The position numbers were made by a program, and so were the translations under genes. 34,430 bases of DNA, from the NCBI GenBank assembly GCA_964427225.1, contig CAYRTV010000001.1:1-34430 (forward strand), read 5' to 3'. The notes under the pieces are model-generated. The model worked only from the letters and a program-made list of their open reading frames with translations. It made no database searches and had not been told where the DNA came from. The stretch is from an uncultured Eubacteriales bacterium (GTDB lineage: Bacteria > Acidobacteriota > Aminicenantia > Aminicenantales > Aminicenantaceae). Each line of letters starts with the position of its first letter. The first letter of the stretch is position 1. Below are positions 7,761 through 17,629 of the stretch, in pieces.

Positions 7761-10700
7761 ATGAGCGAATCAGCACTTCAAAATGAACCTCGCTGGTATA
7801 AGGATGCAGTCATATATGAGCTGCATATCAAGGCATTCTTAGACAGCAATGGAGACGGTTTCGGCGATTTCAGAGGTTTGATACAGAAGCTTGATTATCT
7901 CCAGCACCTTGGAGTCAATGCGGTCTGGCTGCTTCCCTTTTATCCTTCTCCACTTAAAGACGACGGATATGATATATCCGATTACCGCCGCATTCATTCT
8001 CATTACGGCAAACTCAGGGATTTCAAAGAGTTTTTGAAACAAGCGCATAAGCGGGGAATCCGTGTCATTACGGAATTAGTGCTGAACCATACTTCCTCTC
8101 AGCATCCCTGGTTTCAAAAATCCCGTCAGGCGCGGCCGGGAACCTCTTGGCGAAATTTTTATGTATGGAGTGATTCACCGGAAAAATATCAGGATGCCCG
8201 GATTATATTTCAGGACTTTGAATCGTCGAACTGGACCTGGGATGATATGGCCGGTGCCTATTTTTGGCACCGTTTTTATTCCCATCAGCCTGACTTGAAC
8301 TTTGATAACCCCAGGGTCCAGAAGGAGATGATCAAAATTGTTGATTATTGGTTCGAAATGGGCGTGGATGGCCTGCGCTTGGATGCTGTTCCCTATCTGT
8401 ATGAAAGAGAGGGAACCAATTGTGAAAATTTGCCGGAAACCCATGCGTTTTTAAAAAAACTCCGCGCCCACTGTGATAAGAAATTCAAGGACAAAATGCT
8501 GTTGTCCGAAGCCAACCAATGGCCTGAAGATGCGGCGGCTTATTTCGGCGAAGGAAATGAATCCCACATGGCTTTTCACTTCCCGCTTATGCCCCGGATG
8601 TTCATGGCGGTTCAAATGGAAGACCGCTTTCCGATCGTCGATATTTTGGATCCTCCGCTCCAGATTCCCGATTCAAGTCAATGGACAACTTTTCTGCGTA
8701 ATCATGATGAGCTGACCCTCGAAATGGTGACCGATGAAGAAAGAGATTATATGTACCGGGTTTATGCCAGTGATCCCCAGGCAAAGATTAATTTGGGAAT
8801 CCGGCGGCGGCTTTCTCCTTTACTGGGGAATAACCGCCGGAAAATTGAATTAATGAATATTCTGCTGTTTTCGCTTCCAGGCACACCCGTTATCTATTAC
8901 GGGGATGAAATCGGAATGGGAGACAATTATTATTTAGGGGACCGGGATGGAGTCAGAACTCCCATGCAGTGGAGCGCCGACAGGAATGCGGGTTTTTCTA
9001 AGTCTAATCCCCAAAAATTATACCTGCCGGTTATCATTGATCCGGAATATCATTACGAAGCAGTCAATGTTGAAAACCAGGAAAGAAATCTGTCTTCGAT
9101 GCTCTGGTGGATGCGGCGTGTGATTTCAATGAGACAACGTCTCAAAGCTTTCGGCAGAGGGAATATTGAATTTCTTTCTCCGAAAAATCACAAAATATTG
9201 GCCTTTCTCCGTATTTATGAAGAAGAGATCATGTTAGTGGTTATTAATCTATCCCGGTTTTCACAGATGGTGGAGCTGGAACTTTCCGAATATGACGGTT
9301 TTATTCCGGAAGAAGTGTTCAGTCATAACTTTTTTCCCGAAATCAAAAAAGAACCATATGTATTAACCATGGGTCCGTTCAATCATTTTTGGTTTCTCTT
9401 GAAGAAAACCAGGCAGGATGAAATGGAAAAGTCCGGAAAAATCGAAGAGCCGCTGTCATTGCGACGAAGCTACCGTGAAATCATGCGGGAAAAAAACCGG
9501 ACCTTGCTGGAACAGCATTATTTGCAGGGATATTTGAAACGAAGCCGCTGGTTCGGCGGAAAGGGAAGAATGATCCGGGAGGTGTCTATTTCAGAAGCTG
9601 CTCCCGTGCATAGAAAAATCGATGCTTCCGGCTATCTGATGATATTGAAGATCAAATATAATGAAGGGATTCCTGAATGGTATTTCCTGCCCCTTTTTTA
9701 CGCCACTGGGGAAGAGGCTCATACCATCAAACGCCGCTGGCCCCAGGCGGTGATCTGCCGCGCGGAAGTTGGGGAGGAAACCGGTATTTTTTATGACGGA
9801 GCCTTTTCCGGCGATTATCATACATTGCTGCTGGAGATGGCTGACCGGGGGAAAAAGATCAAAGGAGAAAAAGGGGATTTCACAGCGAACCGGGGAAAAC
9901 AATTCAAACACCTCATAAGCGGAATAGATTTGCCCTTGAAGTCTGAAATATCGAAAGCGGAGCAAAGCAACACCTCTATTGTTTATGAAGATAAATTGAT
10001 TTTAAAATTATTCCGGCGGCTGGACCAGGGTATCCATCCGGATATTGAATTGGCACGTTTCTTAACCGAAAAAGCCGCTTTCACCCATGTCCCTCCTTTT
10101 GCCGGAAGCTTTGAATACCAAATTCAGGATAGGGCATCGGTATCGGTCGGGCTGCTTCAGGAATATGTTCCCAACGAGGGTGATGCCTGGCATTACGTTT
10201 TAGATCGAGTCAATCATTATTCGGAAAAAGTTTTCGGCCGCCGGGAAGAACTGACTCAAAAAAGTGTAACCCTGCATCCCTTGCTGCAGGCCAGAGCAGG
10301 CAATGGGGAGGTCCTGGAAGGCTTAGCGGGCGGTTTTTTTCTGGAGATGATGGGATTGCTGGGCATCCGCACCGGAGAGCTTCACTTGGCTTTAGCATCC
10401 CGCAGCCAAGATAAGGATTTCAAGCCTGAATCTTTTTCCCTTTTATACCAGCGCTCTGTGTATCAGTCCATGCGGACTTTGCTGAGATGGGTGTTTCGTC
10501 TCTTGGAGGACAGCCGGGATGAATTAAAGGGAGAATCCGGAGAGCTGGCGGCTTCGATCCTGGCATCCCGGGAAGAAATTCTCCAAAGAATGAAGCAGAT
10601 CACCGGCAGAAAAATATCCGCAAAAAAAATCAGAATACACGGCGATTATCATTTGGGACAGGTGCTGTTTACCGGAAAGGATTTTGTGATCATTGATTTT

Positions 10701-11090
10701 GAAGGGGAGCCGGCCCGGGCTTTAAGCGAGCGGCGCTTGAAACGCTCTCCTTTAAGGGATGTGGCCGGTATGCTTCGTTCCTTTCATTACGCTGCATTCC
10801 ATGGATATTTGCGCAACCATTCTTTCCAGGCGGATGATAAAGTGTTGATGGAAAAATGGCTTATCATTTGGCACCATCAAATCAGCCGGATATTTTTTCA
10901 TTCCTATCTCCGCACTATTGCTGAAGCGGAGTTTCTCCCGCAAAATCAGGACGAGCTTAACGTTCTTTTGGATGCATTTCTGCTCGAAAAGGCCGTCTAT
11001 GAATTGGGATATGAATTAAATAACCGGCCGGACTGGGCGGTTATTCCCATGACTGGAATATCCTCTATCCTGAAGCAGTTACCTGAATGA
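7761..11090 (+). CDS. treS: Fused trehalose synthase (maltose alpha-D-glucosyltransferase) and maltokinase, TreS-Pep2
   Basis: N-terminal half: WYKDAVIYELHIKAFLDSNGDGFGDFRGLIQKLDYLQHLGVNAVWLLPFYPSPLKDDGYDISDY (TreS). C-terminal half: HGDYHLGQVLFTGKDFVIIDFEGEPARALSERRLKRSPLRDVAGMLRSFHYA (maltokinase Pep2/Mak). Confidence 0.93.
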   Translation: MSESALQNEPRWYKDAVIYELHIKAFLDSNGDGFGDFRGLIQKLDYLQHLGVNAVWLLPFYPSPLKDDGYDISDYRRIHSHYGKLRDFKEFLKQAHKRGIRVITELVLNHTSSQHPWFQKSRQARPGTSWRNFYVWSDSPEKYQDARIIFQDFESSNWTWDDMAGAYFWHRFYSHQPDLNFDNPRVQKEMIKIVDYWFEMGVDGLRLDAVPYLYEREGTNCENLPETHAFLKKLRAHCDKKFKDKMLLSEANQWPEDAAAYFGEGNESHMAFHFPLMPRMFMAVQMEDRFPIVDILDPPLQIPDSSQWTTFLRNHDELTLEMVTDEERDYMYRVYASDPQAKINLGIRRRLSPLLGNNRRKIELMNILLFSLPGTPVIYYGDEIGMGDNYYLGDRDGVRTPMQWSADRNAGFSKSNPQKLYLPVIIDPEYHYEAVNVENQERNLSSMLWWMRRVISMRQRLKAFGRGNIEFLSPKNHKILAFLRIYEEEIMLVVINLSRFSQMVELELSEYDGFIPEEVFSHNFFPEIKKEPYVLTMGPFNHFWFLLKKTRQDEMEKSGKIEEPLSLRRSYREIMREKNRTLLEQHYLQGYLKRSRWFGGKGRMIREVSISEAAPVHRKIDASGYLMILKIKYNEGIPEWYFLPLFYATGEEAHTIKRRWPQAVICRAEVGEETGIFYDGAFSGDYHTLLLEMADRGKKIKGEKGDFTANRGKQFKHLISGIDLPLKSEISKAEQSNTSIVYEDKLILKLFRRLDQGIHPDIELARFLTEKAAFTHVPPFAGSFEYQIQDRASVSVGLLQEYVPNEGDAWHYVLDRVNHYSEKVFGRREELTQKSVTLHPLLQARAGNGEVLEGLAGGFFLEMMGLLGIRTGELHLALASRSQDKDFKPESFSLLYQRSVYQSMRTLLRWVFRLLEDSRDELKGESGELAASILASREEILQRMKQITGRKISAKKIRIHGDYHLGQVLFTGKDFVIIDFEGEPARALSERRLKRSPLRDVAGMLRSFHYAAFHGYLRNHSFQADDKVLMEKWLIIWHHQISRIFFHSYLRTIAEAEFLPQNQDELNVLLDAFLLEKAVYELGYELNNRPDWAVIPMTGISSILKQLPE

Positions 11091-11105
11091 AGAAAGGAAA
11101 AGATA

Positions 11106-13094
11106 ATGATCGATAAAAACAAACCGAAAAAGCCGGGAGAAAAAGCAGCTGAAATCCGCCCTGCAATGGAACATCCATCCCTGCTGACGGAGCAGGACAT
11201 CTATCTGTTTAAAGAGGGAACCCACCACAGCCTTTATAATAAACTGGGCTCCTGCCTGATGACGGAGGAACATCATGCCGGAACCTACTTCGCGGTTTGG
11301 GCTCCCAATGCGGAAAAGGTGTCCGTCATAGGAGATTTTAATCATTGGCAGCCCGGGGCCCACACGTTGAATCCCCGTTGGGATGCCTCCGGTATCTGGG
11401 AGGGATATTTTCCTGAAGTTCAAAAGGGGAACCTGTATAAGTATCATATCGTATCCCAAAAGAAAAATTATAAAGTTGAAAAAAGCGATCCTTATGCCTG
11501 CTGCTGCGAGACGCCGCCGAAAACGGCGAGTGTGGTCTGGGATTTGGAATACGAATGGAAAGATGAAGAATGGATGGAAAGCAGGCAGGTCAAAAACGTC
11601 CAAGGAAAGCCGATGGCCATATATGAACTCCATCTCGGATCATGGCGCCGGCCGGATGATGACCGGGACCGGTTTTTATCCTACCGTGAAATGGCGGAAC
11701 TGCTGCCGGAATATCTTAAGGAAATGGGATTCACCCATGTGGAGTTTCTTCCTGTTATGGAGCATCCATTTTACGGTTCCTGGGGGTACCAAACCACCGG
11801 ATATTTTGCCCCCACCAGCCGTTATGGAACACCCCAGGATTTCATGTATTTAATCGACCGGCTGCATCAGGCCGGCATATCCGTCATCCTGGATTGGGTT
11901 CCCTCTCACTTTCCTTCCGATGAACACGGTCTGGCCTATTTTGACGGGACCCATTTATATGAGCATCAGGACCCCAAGAAAGGATTTCACCCAGATTGGA
12001 AAAGCTACATATTCAACTATGGACGCCATGAGGTCAGGAGCTTCCTGCTCAGCAGCGCCCGGTTCTGGCTGGATAAATATCATATTGACGGATTACGGGT
12101 GGATGCGGTGGCATCCATGCTGTATCTCGACTATTCCCGGAAAGAGGGGGAGTGGATTCCCAATAAGTATGGCGGCCGGGAAAACCTGGAGGCTATTTCA
12201 TTTCTTCGCCGGCTGAATCAGATGGGCTATGGAGATTTCCCCTCCATCCAAACCATCGCCGAAGAATCGACAGCCTGGCCGATGGTGACCAGGCCTGTTC
12301 ACTTGGGCGGATTGGGATTCGGTGAAAAATGGAACATGGGGTGGATGCATGATACTCTGGAGTATTTCTCCAAAGATCCGGTTTACCGCAAGCATCATCA
12401 TAATGAGCTGACTTTTAGTATTTGGTATGCCTTTTCGGAAAATTTCGTGCTTCCTCTCTCCCATGATGAAGTGGTCTATGGAAAAGGGTCTCTCTTGGAA
12501 AAAATGCCGGGAGATGATTGGCAAAAATTTGCCAATCTGCGCCTGCTGCTGGGATATATGTTTGCTCATCCCGGTAAAAAAATATTATTTATGGGGGGAG
12601 AGTTCGGGCAGAAAAAGGAATGGGCGCATGAGGGCAGCTTGGATTGGCATCTTCTTGAGCATACCTCCCACCAGGGAATTAAAAAATGGGTTCAGGATAT
12701 CAACCGGTTTTATGCCCAAACGCCTGCCTTATATGAACTGGATTTTGTTCAGAAAGGATTTGAATGGGTGGACGCAGCGGATTGGGAAAACAGTGTGATT
12801 GCTTTTCTGCGCAAGGGTAAATCTCCCGGAGAAACGGTGCTTGTCATCTGCAATTTCACCCCGGTTCCCCGCTGTAATTACCGCGTCGGCGTTCCGGAAG
12901 AAGGCGTGTGGAAAGAGGCCTTGAACAGCGATGCCAAGGAATATTGGGGAAGCGGACAGGGTAATATGGGACAGGTGTCGTCTCATCCGGTTCCGGCTCA
13001 TGGCCGTCCGCATTCAATATCCTTGATTCTTCCTCCGCTAAGTATGCTTATGTTTATCCCCGAAAAAAACCGAAACGAAAAAAGGAGAAAATAA
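11106..13094 (+). CDS. glgB: 1,4-alpha-glucan branching enzyme (GH13_9)
   Basis: [62 protein letters not shown] and WNMGWMHD are canonical GlgB motifs. Confidence 0.93.
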   Translation: MIDKNKPKKPGEKAAEIRPAMEHPSLLTEQDIYLFKEGTHHSLYNKLGSCLMTEEHHAGTYFAVWAPNAEKVSVIGDFNHWQPGAHTLNPRWDASGIWEGYFPEVQKGNLYKYHIVSQKKNYKVEKSDPYACCCETPPKTASVVWDLEYEWKDEEWMESRQVKNVQGKPMAIYELHLGSWRRPDDDRDRFLSYREMAELLPEYLKEMGFTHVEFLPVMEHPFYGSWGYQTTGYFAPTSRYGTPQDFMYLIDRLHQAGISVILDWVPSHFPSDEHGLAYFDGTHLYEHQDPKKGFHPDWKSYIFNYGRHEVRSFLLSSARFWLDKYHIDGLRVDAVASMLYLDYSRKEGEWIPNKYGGRENLEAISFLRRLNQMGYGDFPSIQTIAEESTAWPMVTRPVHLGGLGFGEKWNMGWMHDTLEYFSKDPVYRKHHHNELTFSIWYAFSENFVLPLSHDEVVYGKGSLLEKMPGDDWQKFANLRLLLGYMFAHPGKKILFMGGEFGQKKEWAHEGSLDWHLLEHTSHQGIKKWVQDINRFYAQTPALYELDFVQKGFEWVDAADWENSVIAFLRKGKSPGETVLVICNFTPVPRCNYRVGVPEEGVWKEALNSDAKEYWGSGQGNMGQVSSHPVPAHGRPHSISLILPPLSMLMFIPEKNRNEKRRK

Positions 13095-13310
13095 ATGAAG
13101 GAAAAAATCGGAAAAACCGCCGGTAAGATTTGGGATCTTTTACAGGAAAAGGATGAAATCGCTATTTCCCAGTTCCCTAAATTGCTGGGTGAAAAAGCGG
13201 TCATTGTGAATCAAGCGCTGGGCTGGCTGGCGCGTGAAGATAAGATACACTACCGGCAGGAAGGCAACCGGACCTTGGTTGCTTTGATGGCTACGGAAAG
13301 ACGGTCTTGA
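13095..13310 (+). CDS. Small winged helix-turn-helix protein (DUF2582-like), 71 aa
   Basis: GKIWDLLQEKDEIAISQFPKLLGEKAVIVNQALGWLAREDKIHY fits the DUF2582 wHTH pattern. The ATG directly abuts the glgB TAA (TAAATG). The SD AAAGGAG (13081-13087) lies inside the last glgB codons. Confidence 0.7.
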   Translation: MKEKIGKTAGKIWDLLQEKDEIAISQFPKLLGEKAVIVNQALGWLAREDKIHYRQEGNRTLVALMATERRS

Positions 13311-13367
13311 AATTTCGTTTTGAATTTATTTTCGACATTAAACACTTCGGCCGGAGCCGGCACCGCA

Positions 13368-15203
13368 ATGGGCCATAATAAAGACATTGGAGCCCTGCAC
13401 CTAGGGGAACAGCGCTGTTGTTTCCGAGTCTGGGCACCCCGGGCGGAGCAAGTCAGCGTGCTGCTGCCGATAATGAAGAGAACCGAGCGGCTGGAGCCGG
13501 AGGATAAAGGGTACTGGAGTGCGGTCCTGGAGCATGTTCCTCCCGAGACCGGCTATTATTATCTGTTAGACGGAAAAACCCGAAGGCCGGACCCGGCTTC
13601 TCATTTTCAGCCGGAAGGGGTGCATGGATTTTCCTCGGTTATTAACCACGCATCATTTGCCTGGGAGGATTCAGCTTGGAGCGGCCGGCCGCTGAAAGAA
13701 ATGGTTCTGTATGAACTGCATATCGGTACTTTTACGCCGGAAGGGACTTTCGCAGCCGTCATTCCGCGGCTGGAACAGCTTAAAGACCTGGGTATAAATA
13801 CCCTCAGCCTGATGCCGGTGGCCCAGTTTCCCGGCCCAAGGAATTGGGGCTATGACGGCGTCTACCCCTTTGCGGTGCAGAATTCATACGGCGGTCCGCA
13901 GGGATTGAAAAGCCTTGTCAATGCATGCCACCAAAAAGATGTGGGAGTGGTTTTGGATGTGGTGTACAATCATTTGGGACCGGAGGGGAATTACCTCCAC
14001 GATTACGGGCCTTATTTTACTTCTAAATATAAGACTCCTTGGGGAGATGCTGTCAATTTTGATGATGCTTGGAGCGATGAAGTCCGCGGGTATTTTATCC
14101 GGAATGCGCTGCACTGGCTGAAAAGATACCATATTGACGGTCTCAGGCTGGACGCTGTCCATGCCATAACCGATATGAGCGCCCGTCCTTTTTTAAAGGA
14201 ATTGGCTGAACGAGTGATGGAATACAATCGCTGCCGGAAGCCGCCGGCTTTTTTGATTGCGGAAAGCGATTTGAATGACCCTGAAATCATTCGTCCGGCG
14301 GATAAACATGGTTATGGATTGGATGCACAATGGTGTGATGATTTTCATCATGCCCTTCATGCCCTGTTGACCGGAGAAAAAGCCGGTTATTATTGTGATT
14401 TTGGATCGGTTTCCCACTTAGCCGAATCCTTGCGGGAAGGATATGTGCTGACTGGCGGCTATTCGGTTTTTCGCCGCCGCCGCCATGGTGCTTCCGCTGC
14501 GGACCGGCCGGCTGACCAGTTTGTGGTTTTTACACAAAATCATGATCAAGTGGGCAACCGGCTGCGGGGAGACAGATTATCAGCACTGGTTCCTTTCCCT
14601 GCCTTGAAACTTGCCGCCGGGGTAATGATTTTGTCTCCTTACATACCCATGCTGTTTATGGGGGAAGAATACGGAGAAGATTCCCCCTTTTTGTATTTTG
14701 TCAGCCACGGCGACCCTGATCTTGTCGCCGCGGTGAGAGAGGGGCGCCGCAATGAATTTCCGGAGTTCTTTAAAGACACATTGCCGGATCCCCAGGCGGA
14801 ATCGACTTTTGATATGTCCCGGCTCAACTGGGCCTTGCGGCACCGGGGAAGGCATGGATTATTACTGGATGTTTACCGGAGTCTGCTTCAGTTGAGAAAA
14901 GAATCTGCGGCTTGTGATTGTGAGTATAATGATACTTGGGTCCGGTCCTGTCCGGATCAACAGATTTTGATAATGCTGCGGGGGCGGGGGATGAACCGAA
15001 TGGTGGTGCTGATGCATTTTTCAAACGGGAATCGGCGGCATCAAACCGCATTTCCCCCTGGTGTTTGGAAAAAAAAGTGGGATTCATCCGAGGAGAGATG
15101 GGGCGGGCCGGGAAGTAAGCTTCCCGAGCGGATTGCGGCCGGTGAAGAAATCATCCTGCCGCCCTGGTCTTTGACTGTCTATAAAAGCGAGGTGAAGCCA
15201 TGA
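13368..15203 (+). CDS. treZ: Malto-oligosyltrehalose trehalohydrolase (GH13_10)
   Basis: GA..LGEQRCCFRVWAP N-terminus, VVLDVVYNHLGPEGNYL, GLRLDAVHAI, AESDLNDP and QNHDQVGNR motifs. The ORF track starts at TTG 13320. ATG 13368 gives the N-terminal length typical of TreZ. The start is uncertain because neither codon has a clear SD. Confidence 0.88.
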   Translation: MGHNKDIGALHLGEQRCCFRVWAPRAEQVSVLLPIMKRTERLEPEDKGYWSAVLEHVPPETGYYYLLDGKTRRPDPASHFQPEGVHGFSSVINHASFAWEDSAWSGRPLKEMVLYELHIGTFTPEGTFAAVIPRLEQLKDLGINTLSLMPVAQFPGPRNWGYDGVYPFAVQNSYGGPQGLKSLVNACHQKDVGVVLDVVYNHLGPEGNYLHDYGPYFTSKYKTPWGDAVNFDDAWSDEVRGYFIRNALHWLKRYHIDGLRLDAVHAITDMSARPFLKELAERVMEYNRCRKPPAFLIAESDLNDPEIIRPADKHGYGLDAQWCDDFHHALHALLTGEKAGYYCDFGSVSHLAESLREGYVLTGGYSVFRRRRHGASAADRPADQFVVFTQNHDQVGNRLRGDRLSALVPFPALKLAAGVMILSPYIPMLFMGEEYGEDSPFLYFVSHGDPDLVAAVREGRRNEFPEFFKDTLPDPQAESTFDMSRLNWALRHRGRHGLLLDVYRSLLQLRKESAACDCEYNDTWVRSCPDQQILIMLRGRGMNRMVVLMHFSNGNRRHQTAFPPGVWKKKWDSSEERWGGPGSKLPERIAAGEEIILPPWSLTVYKSEVKP

Positions 15204-17629
15204 AGCGCTGGATTTGCATTCACGGTCATTTTTATCAGCCGCCGCGGGAAAATCCATGGCTGGAAGAAATCGAAATACAGGATTCGGCCTATCCTTATCA
15301 TGACTGGAATGAGCGGATTTCCGCTGAATGTTATGAACCCAATGCTTTTTCCCGTATCCTGGATAATGAGAAACGCATTGTTGATATTGTCAGCAATTAT
15401 TCTCAAATGAGTTTTAACTTCGGGCCCACTCTTTTGTCCTGGCTGAAGGATAAAGCCCCGGTGGTTTACGCTGCCGTTCTGGAAGCGGATAAGCGGAGTT
15501 TGAGTACATTTTCCGGCCATGGCAGTGCCTTGGCACAGGCCTATAATCACATCATCATGCCTCTGGCCAACCGCCGGGATAAAGAAATCCAGGTGAAATG
15601 GGGGATAAGGGATTTCGAATTCAGATTCGGCCGTAAACCGGAAGGGATGTGGCTCCCGGAAACCGCTGTCGATATAGAATCTCTGGAAATCATGGCGGAA
15701 GCCGGAATAAAATTTGTGGTTTTAGCCCCCCATCAAGTGAAGTCCATTCGCACCAGGGGAGAGAAGGAATGGCAGGATCTCGATAACGAACCCATTGATA
15801 CCCGGCATTGCTATGCCTGCCCGCTGCCGTCCGGACAAAACATATCGGTTTTCTTTTATGACGGATCGATAGCTCATGATGTGGCTTTCGGCAATCTATT
15901 GAAAAACGGAGAAGCTTTTGCCCGGCGCCTGCTTCAGGCATTTCCGGAAAGCGGCAATGAGAGGAATCATCTGGTCCACATTGCCACGGATGGAGAAACA
16001 TTCGGACATCATAACCGGTTTGGGGATATGGCGTTATCTTACTGCCTGCATTACTTGGAATCAAAAGCACTGGCCCGGATCACAGTTTACGGCGAATACC
16101 TGGAAAAGAATCCACCCGAGCGGGAGGTTGAAATATTGGAGAAAAGCTCCTGGAGCTGTGCTCATGGAGTGGAGCGGTGGCGCAGCAATTGCGGCTGCAA
16201 TACCGGCATGCACCCAGGCTGGACCCAGGAGTGGCGGTCTCCATTGCGTGAGGCCCTGGATATGGTGCGGGACCGCATGATTTCTCTGTATGAAAAAGAG
16301 ATGAAATTTTTCACCGGAGATCCCTGGCTGGTGCGGGATAAGTATATCGATGTGGTGCTCGACAGATCAAAAGCCACGGTGGAAAAGTTTCTGACTTCTC
16401 ATTTCCGGGGGGAACTCCATCAAGAAGACCGGATAAAAATGCTGAAACTGCTGGAAATGCAGAGAAATGCCATGTTGATGTACACCAGCTGCGGCTGGTT
16501 TTTCGATGATATTTCGGGCATTGAGAGCGTACAGGTTCTTCAGTATGCGGCCCGGGCGCTGCAGCTGGCTCAAGAACTTTCCGGAAGTGATTACGAAACA
16601 GAGTTTGTGGAGATCCTAAAAGAGGCCCCCAGTAATGTTCCGGAGATCGGCAACGGGGCCCGGGTTTATGAAAAATTTGTCCAGCCGGCGGTCTTGAATT
16701 TATTACGGGTGGGGGCTCATTATGCCATATCATCGCTGTTTGAAGACTACTCTGAAAAAACCCGGATCTATTGTTATTGGGTGGAAAAAGAGGCTTACCG
16801 CTTGGATGAAGCCGGCAAGCAGAAGCTGGCCGTGGGCCGTGTCCGTCTCCGGTCGGAAATCGACTGGGAAGAAGACCGGGTCGGTTTCTCCGTCCTGCAT
16901 TTTGGAGATCACAACGTGATGGGAGGCGTACGCAAATACAGGGGAGAAAAAGAGTTCAATGAAATGATGGAATCGGTCCAGGATAGGTTCAGCCGCAGCG
17001 ATATCACCGGAGTGATCAACCGGATGGATGATTTTTTCGCGGCCCACAATTATTCCTTGTGGCATTTATTCAGGGATGAAAAACGAAAGGTGATGGAGCG
17101 GATTCTTGAATCCACCTTGGAAGATATGGAAAACAATTTCAGGCAGATTCATGAACATCATTATCCGACTATCCTGGCTATGCAGGAAATGAAAATTCCA
17201 CTGCCTAAAGCTTTGAAGGCCCCAGTGGAGATCGTGCTTAATCATGATTTCCGCAATTTACTCCTGCAGGCTAAACCTGACATGCCGAAGCTGAAAAAAG
17301 TGGCTGGTGAATTCCAGCGGTTCGGATTTTCAGTAGATGGAGCGGACCTTGCTCTCTTGGCCAGGCAAAAATTGAGCGGATATATGGCCGCTGTACTGGA
17401 GTCGCCGCAGGATACGGAATTGCTGAAAACCGTTGAAGATTTGTTTGTCCTTTTGGATATGGCGGGAATTAAACCCGAGTTATGGGAAAGTCAGAATATA
17501 TATTTCGTGCTGACCAAGGAGCAATTCCCGGAAATGGCGGAAAAAGCCGGGCTGGGTAATCAAAATGCCCAGGAATGGGTTGAGCGGTTCCGTAAGATAG
17601 GAATGCATTTGGGGATAAAAAGCCCGTGA
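15200..17629 (+). CDS. Glycoside hydrolase family 57 protein with a DUF3536-type C-terminal region
   Basis: GH57 conserved regions are present: HGHFYQPPRE (region I), MWLPETAV (nucleophile Glu region), HIATDGETFGHH (acid/base Asp region) and TSCGWFFDD (region V). ATGA overlap with the treZ stop. Confidence 0.85.
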   Translation: MKRWICIHGHFYQPPRENPWLEEIEIQDSAYPYHDWNERISAECYEPNAFSRILDNEKRIVDIVSNYSQMSFNFGPTLLSWLKDKAPVVYAAVLEADKRSLSTFSGHGSALAQAYNHIIMPLANRRDKEIQVKWGIRDFEFRFGRKPEGMWLPETAVDIESLEIMAEAGIKFVVLAPHQVKSIRTRGEKEWQDLDNEPIDTRHCYACPLPSGQNISVFFYDGSIAHDVAFGNLLKNGEAFARRLLQAFPESGNERNHLVHIATDGETFGHHNRFGDMALSYCLHYLESKALARITVYGEYLEKNPPEREVEILEKSSWSCAHGVERWRSNCGCNTGMHPGWTQEWRSPLREALDMVRDRMISLYEKEMKFFTGDPWLVRDKYIDVVLDRSKATVEKFLTSHFRGELHQEDRIKMLKLLEMQRNAMLMYTSCGWFFDDISGIESVQVLQYAARALQLAQELSGSDYETEFVEILKEAPSNVPEIGNGARVYEKFVQPAVLNLLRVGAHYAISSLFEDYSEKTRIYCYWVEKEAYRLDEAGKQKLAVGRVRLRSEIDWEEDRVGFSVLHFGDHNVMGGVRKYRGEKEFNEMMESVQDRFSRSDITGVINRMDDFFAAHNYSLWHLFRDEKRKVMERILESTLEDMENNFRQIHEHHYPTILAMQEMKIPLPKALKAPVEIVLNHDFRNLLLQAKPDMPKLKKVAGEFQRFGFSVDGADLALLARQKLSGYMAAVLESPQDTELLKTVEDLFVLLDMAGIKPELWESQNIYFVLTKEQFPEMAEKAGLGNQNAQEWVERFRKIGMHLGIKSP

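Noticed and set aside
11079-11633. 184-aa minus-strand ORF spanning the treS/glgB junction
   Set aside because: It is antisense to the conserved GlgB N-terminus and has no SD or motif. Shadow ORF.
13320-13367. TTG start for treZ proposed by the ORF track
   Set aside because: The extra 16 residues (NLFSTLNTSAGAGTA) have no counterpart at typical TreZ N-termini. ATG 13368 is preferred, but neither start has a good SD, so the call is soft.
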